This document shows, one piece after another, positions 63,214 through 64,000 of a stretch of DNA of 64,000 nt (position 1 is the stretch's first letter; every line of letters begins with the position of its first letter). The stretch lies in the IMG/VR virus record IMGVR_UViG_3300035698_022475, positions 32,001 to 96,000 of that record; one strand, 5' to 3'. The position numbers and the translations under genes were made by a program. The notes beneath the pieces are model-generated. The model made no database searches. It was not told the origin of the DNA and saw only the letters and a program-made list of their open reading frames with translations. Origin of the DNA: a virus.

Positions 63214-63238
63214 AACCAAAACGTTAACACGCGTTAAC

Positions 63239-63272
63239 AAAAAAAAGAAGGACAACTGGTGTTGTCCCTCTT
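63239..63272 (-). terminator. Intrinsic terminator
   Basis: AAGAGGGACAAC-ACCA-GTTGTCCTTCTT followed by T-tract. Confidence 0.75.
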
Positions 63273-63277
63273 GCAAG

Positions 63278-63976
63278 CTACTTCGATTTTTTGGTACGAA
63301 ACGCCAGCAACTCTTCGAGCCAGTGCTTGGGAACGAGTATCCACGTTCCGCCGTTATGGTCTTGCTCCACCCAACCACTTCTGATGCCTCCGCCCAAAGT
63401 GCAGGCGGTATCGACGAGTACTTGGATGTCCTTGACGCGCCGACGCAGTCGATTGACGTAGGTCTGCCCCTTGTCGAGAACTGCCACAGCTTCGGTCTCG
63501 TTCACGGGGAAGCCCGCCTTCGCTGAGGAAGCGAGGATGCGCATAATTGTTGATGTCACCTGGGCCCATTCGAATTCGGGCAACAGGTAGATGCGAGCCA
63601 GTTCGGCCCTGGCCTCTTTGAGCTGCTTGCGCATGGTGGCTACCATACCCGGCACGTCCTCCCAGTCAGCCATCCCAGGCTTCCCTTCTTGGATAACCCG
63701 ACGGACAGTCCGAGCTTCCTGCGCGTGAATCTGAGCCTCGAGCTTTACCTTCTCGAACAGCTCATACAGCTCGATGACGCCCTCAGCCAGCGCCATAATG
63801 GATGTCATCGGCGGCTTACCGACGAGACAACAATCTCGTAGCCCTACGGCTATCTCGTAAGCTTCATGCTGCACTGTGTTCCTTCCCGAATTCGCGCTCA
63901 GCCCGCCTCGAATTGTCGAAGGGAATAAGCCCGCCACAGTTCGCCTTCTCGAGTGCCGCGTATACGGCCCCCACAT
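63278..63976 (-). CDS. Hypothetical coiled-coil protein (start uncertain)
   Basis: Ends just before terminator; EAQIHAQEART motif. Confidence 0.5.
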   Translation of the reverse strand: MWGPYTRHSRRRTVAGLFPSTIRGGLSANSGRNTVQHEAYEIAVGLRDCCLVGKPPMTSIMALAEGVIELYELFEKVKLEAQIHAQEARTVRRVIQEGKPGMADWEDVPGMVATMRKQLKEARAELARIYLLPEFEWAQVTSTIMRILASSAKAGFPVNETEAVAVLDKGQTYVNRLRRRVKDIQVLVDTACTLGGGIRSGWVEQDHNGGTWILVPKHWLEELLAFRTKKSK

Positions 63977-64000
63977 GCTCCCCGTGCGCTTCGTAGGGCA

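Noticed and set aside
1-64000. Stop-codon reassignment (alternative genetic code)
   Set aside because: Long genes are intact in code 11 and TAA, TAG and TGA all end well-defined genes; only one isolated in-frame TAA was seen

Overview
A 64-kb slice of a large myovirus-type (contractile-tailed, probably jumbo) phage genome. 1-26.5 kb (minus strand) is a tail morphogenesis operon: tail assembly chaperone pair with a predicted -1 frameshift, tape measure, two tailspike-like proteins, fibre proteins, a baseplate hub with an embedded SLT domain, a FliA-like sigma factor, a degenerate amidase, and gp25-like, J-like and wedge baseplate proteins. 26.5-35.3 kb (plus strand) holds family-4 UDG, DinG helicase, small Zn-binding proteins, a signal-peptide SLT-like lysin, dNMP kinase and a holin-like protein. 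35.3-64 kb (mostly minus strand) is an accessory region: DHH and metallophosphoesterases, SAM methyltransferase, NUDIX-RyR fusion, C45/acid-ceramidase-like Ntn hydrolase, permuted papain amidase, ThyX, SPFH lipoprotein, a vWA plus divergent PurA module, and a frameshifted homing-type endonuclease. The most unusual observations are: (1) a non-coding tandem array of four 125-148-nt units with conserved architecture and covarying stems at 32.2-32.8 kb; (2) about 15 small, mostly translationally coupled ORFs at 53.7-57.5 kb that share an N-terminal M-x-H-[FYIV]-[DNEY] signature; (3) a 13-bp interrupted palindrome TTTACG(A/T)CGTAAA repeated across the window. All protein calls come from motif recognition by eye; no database search was run.
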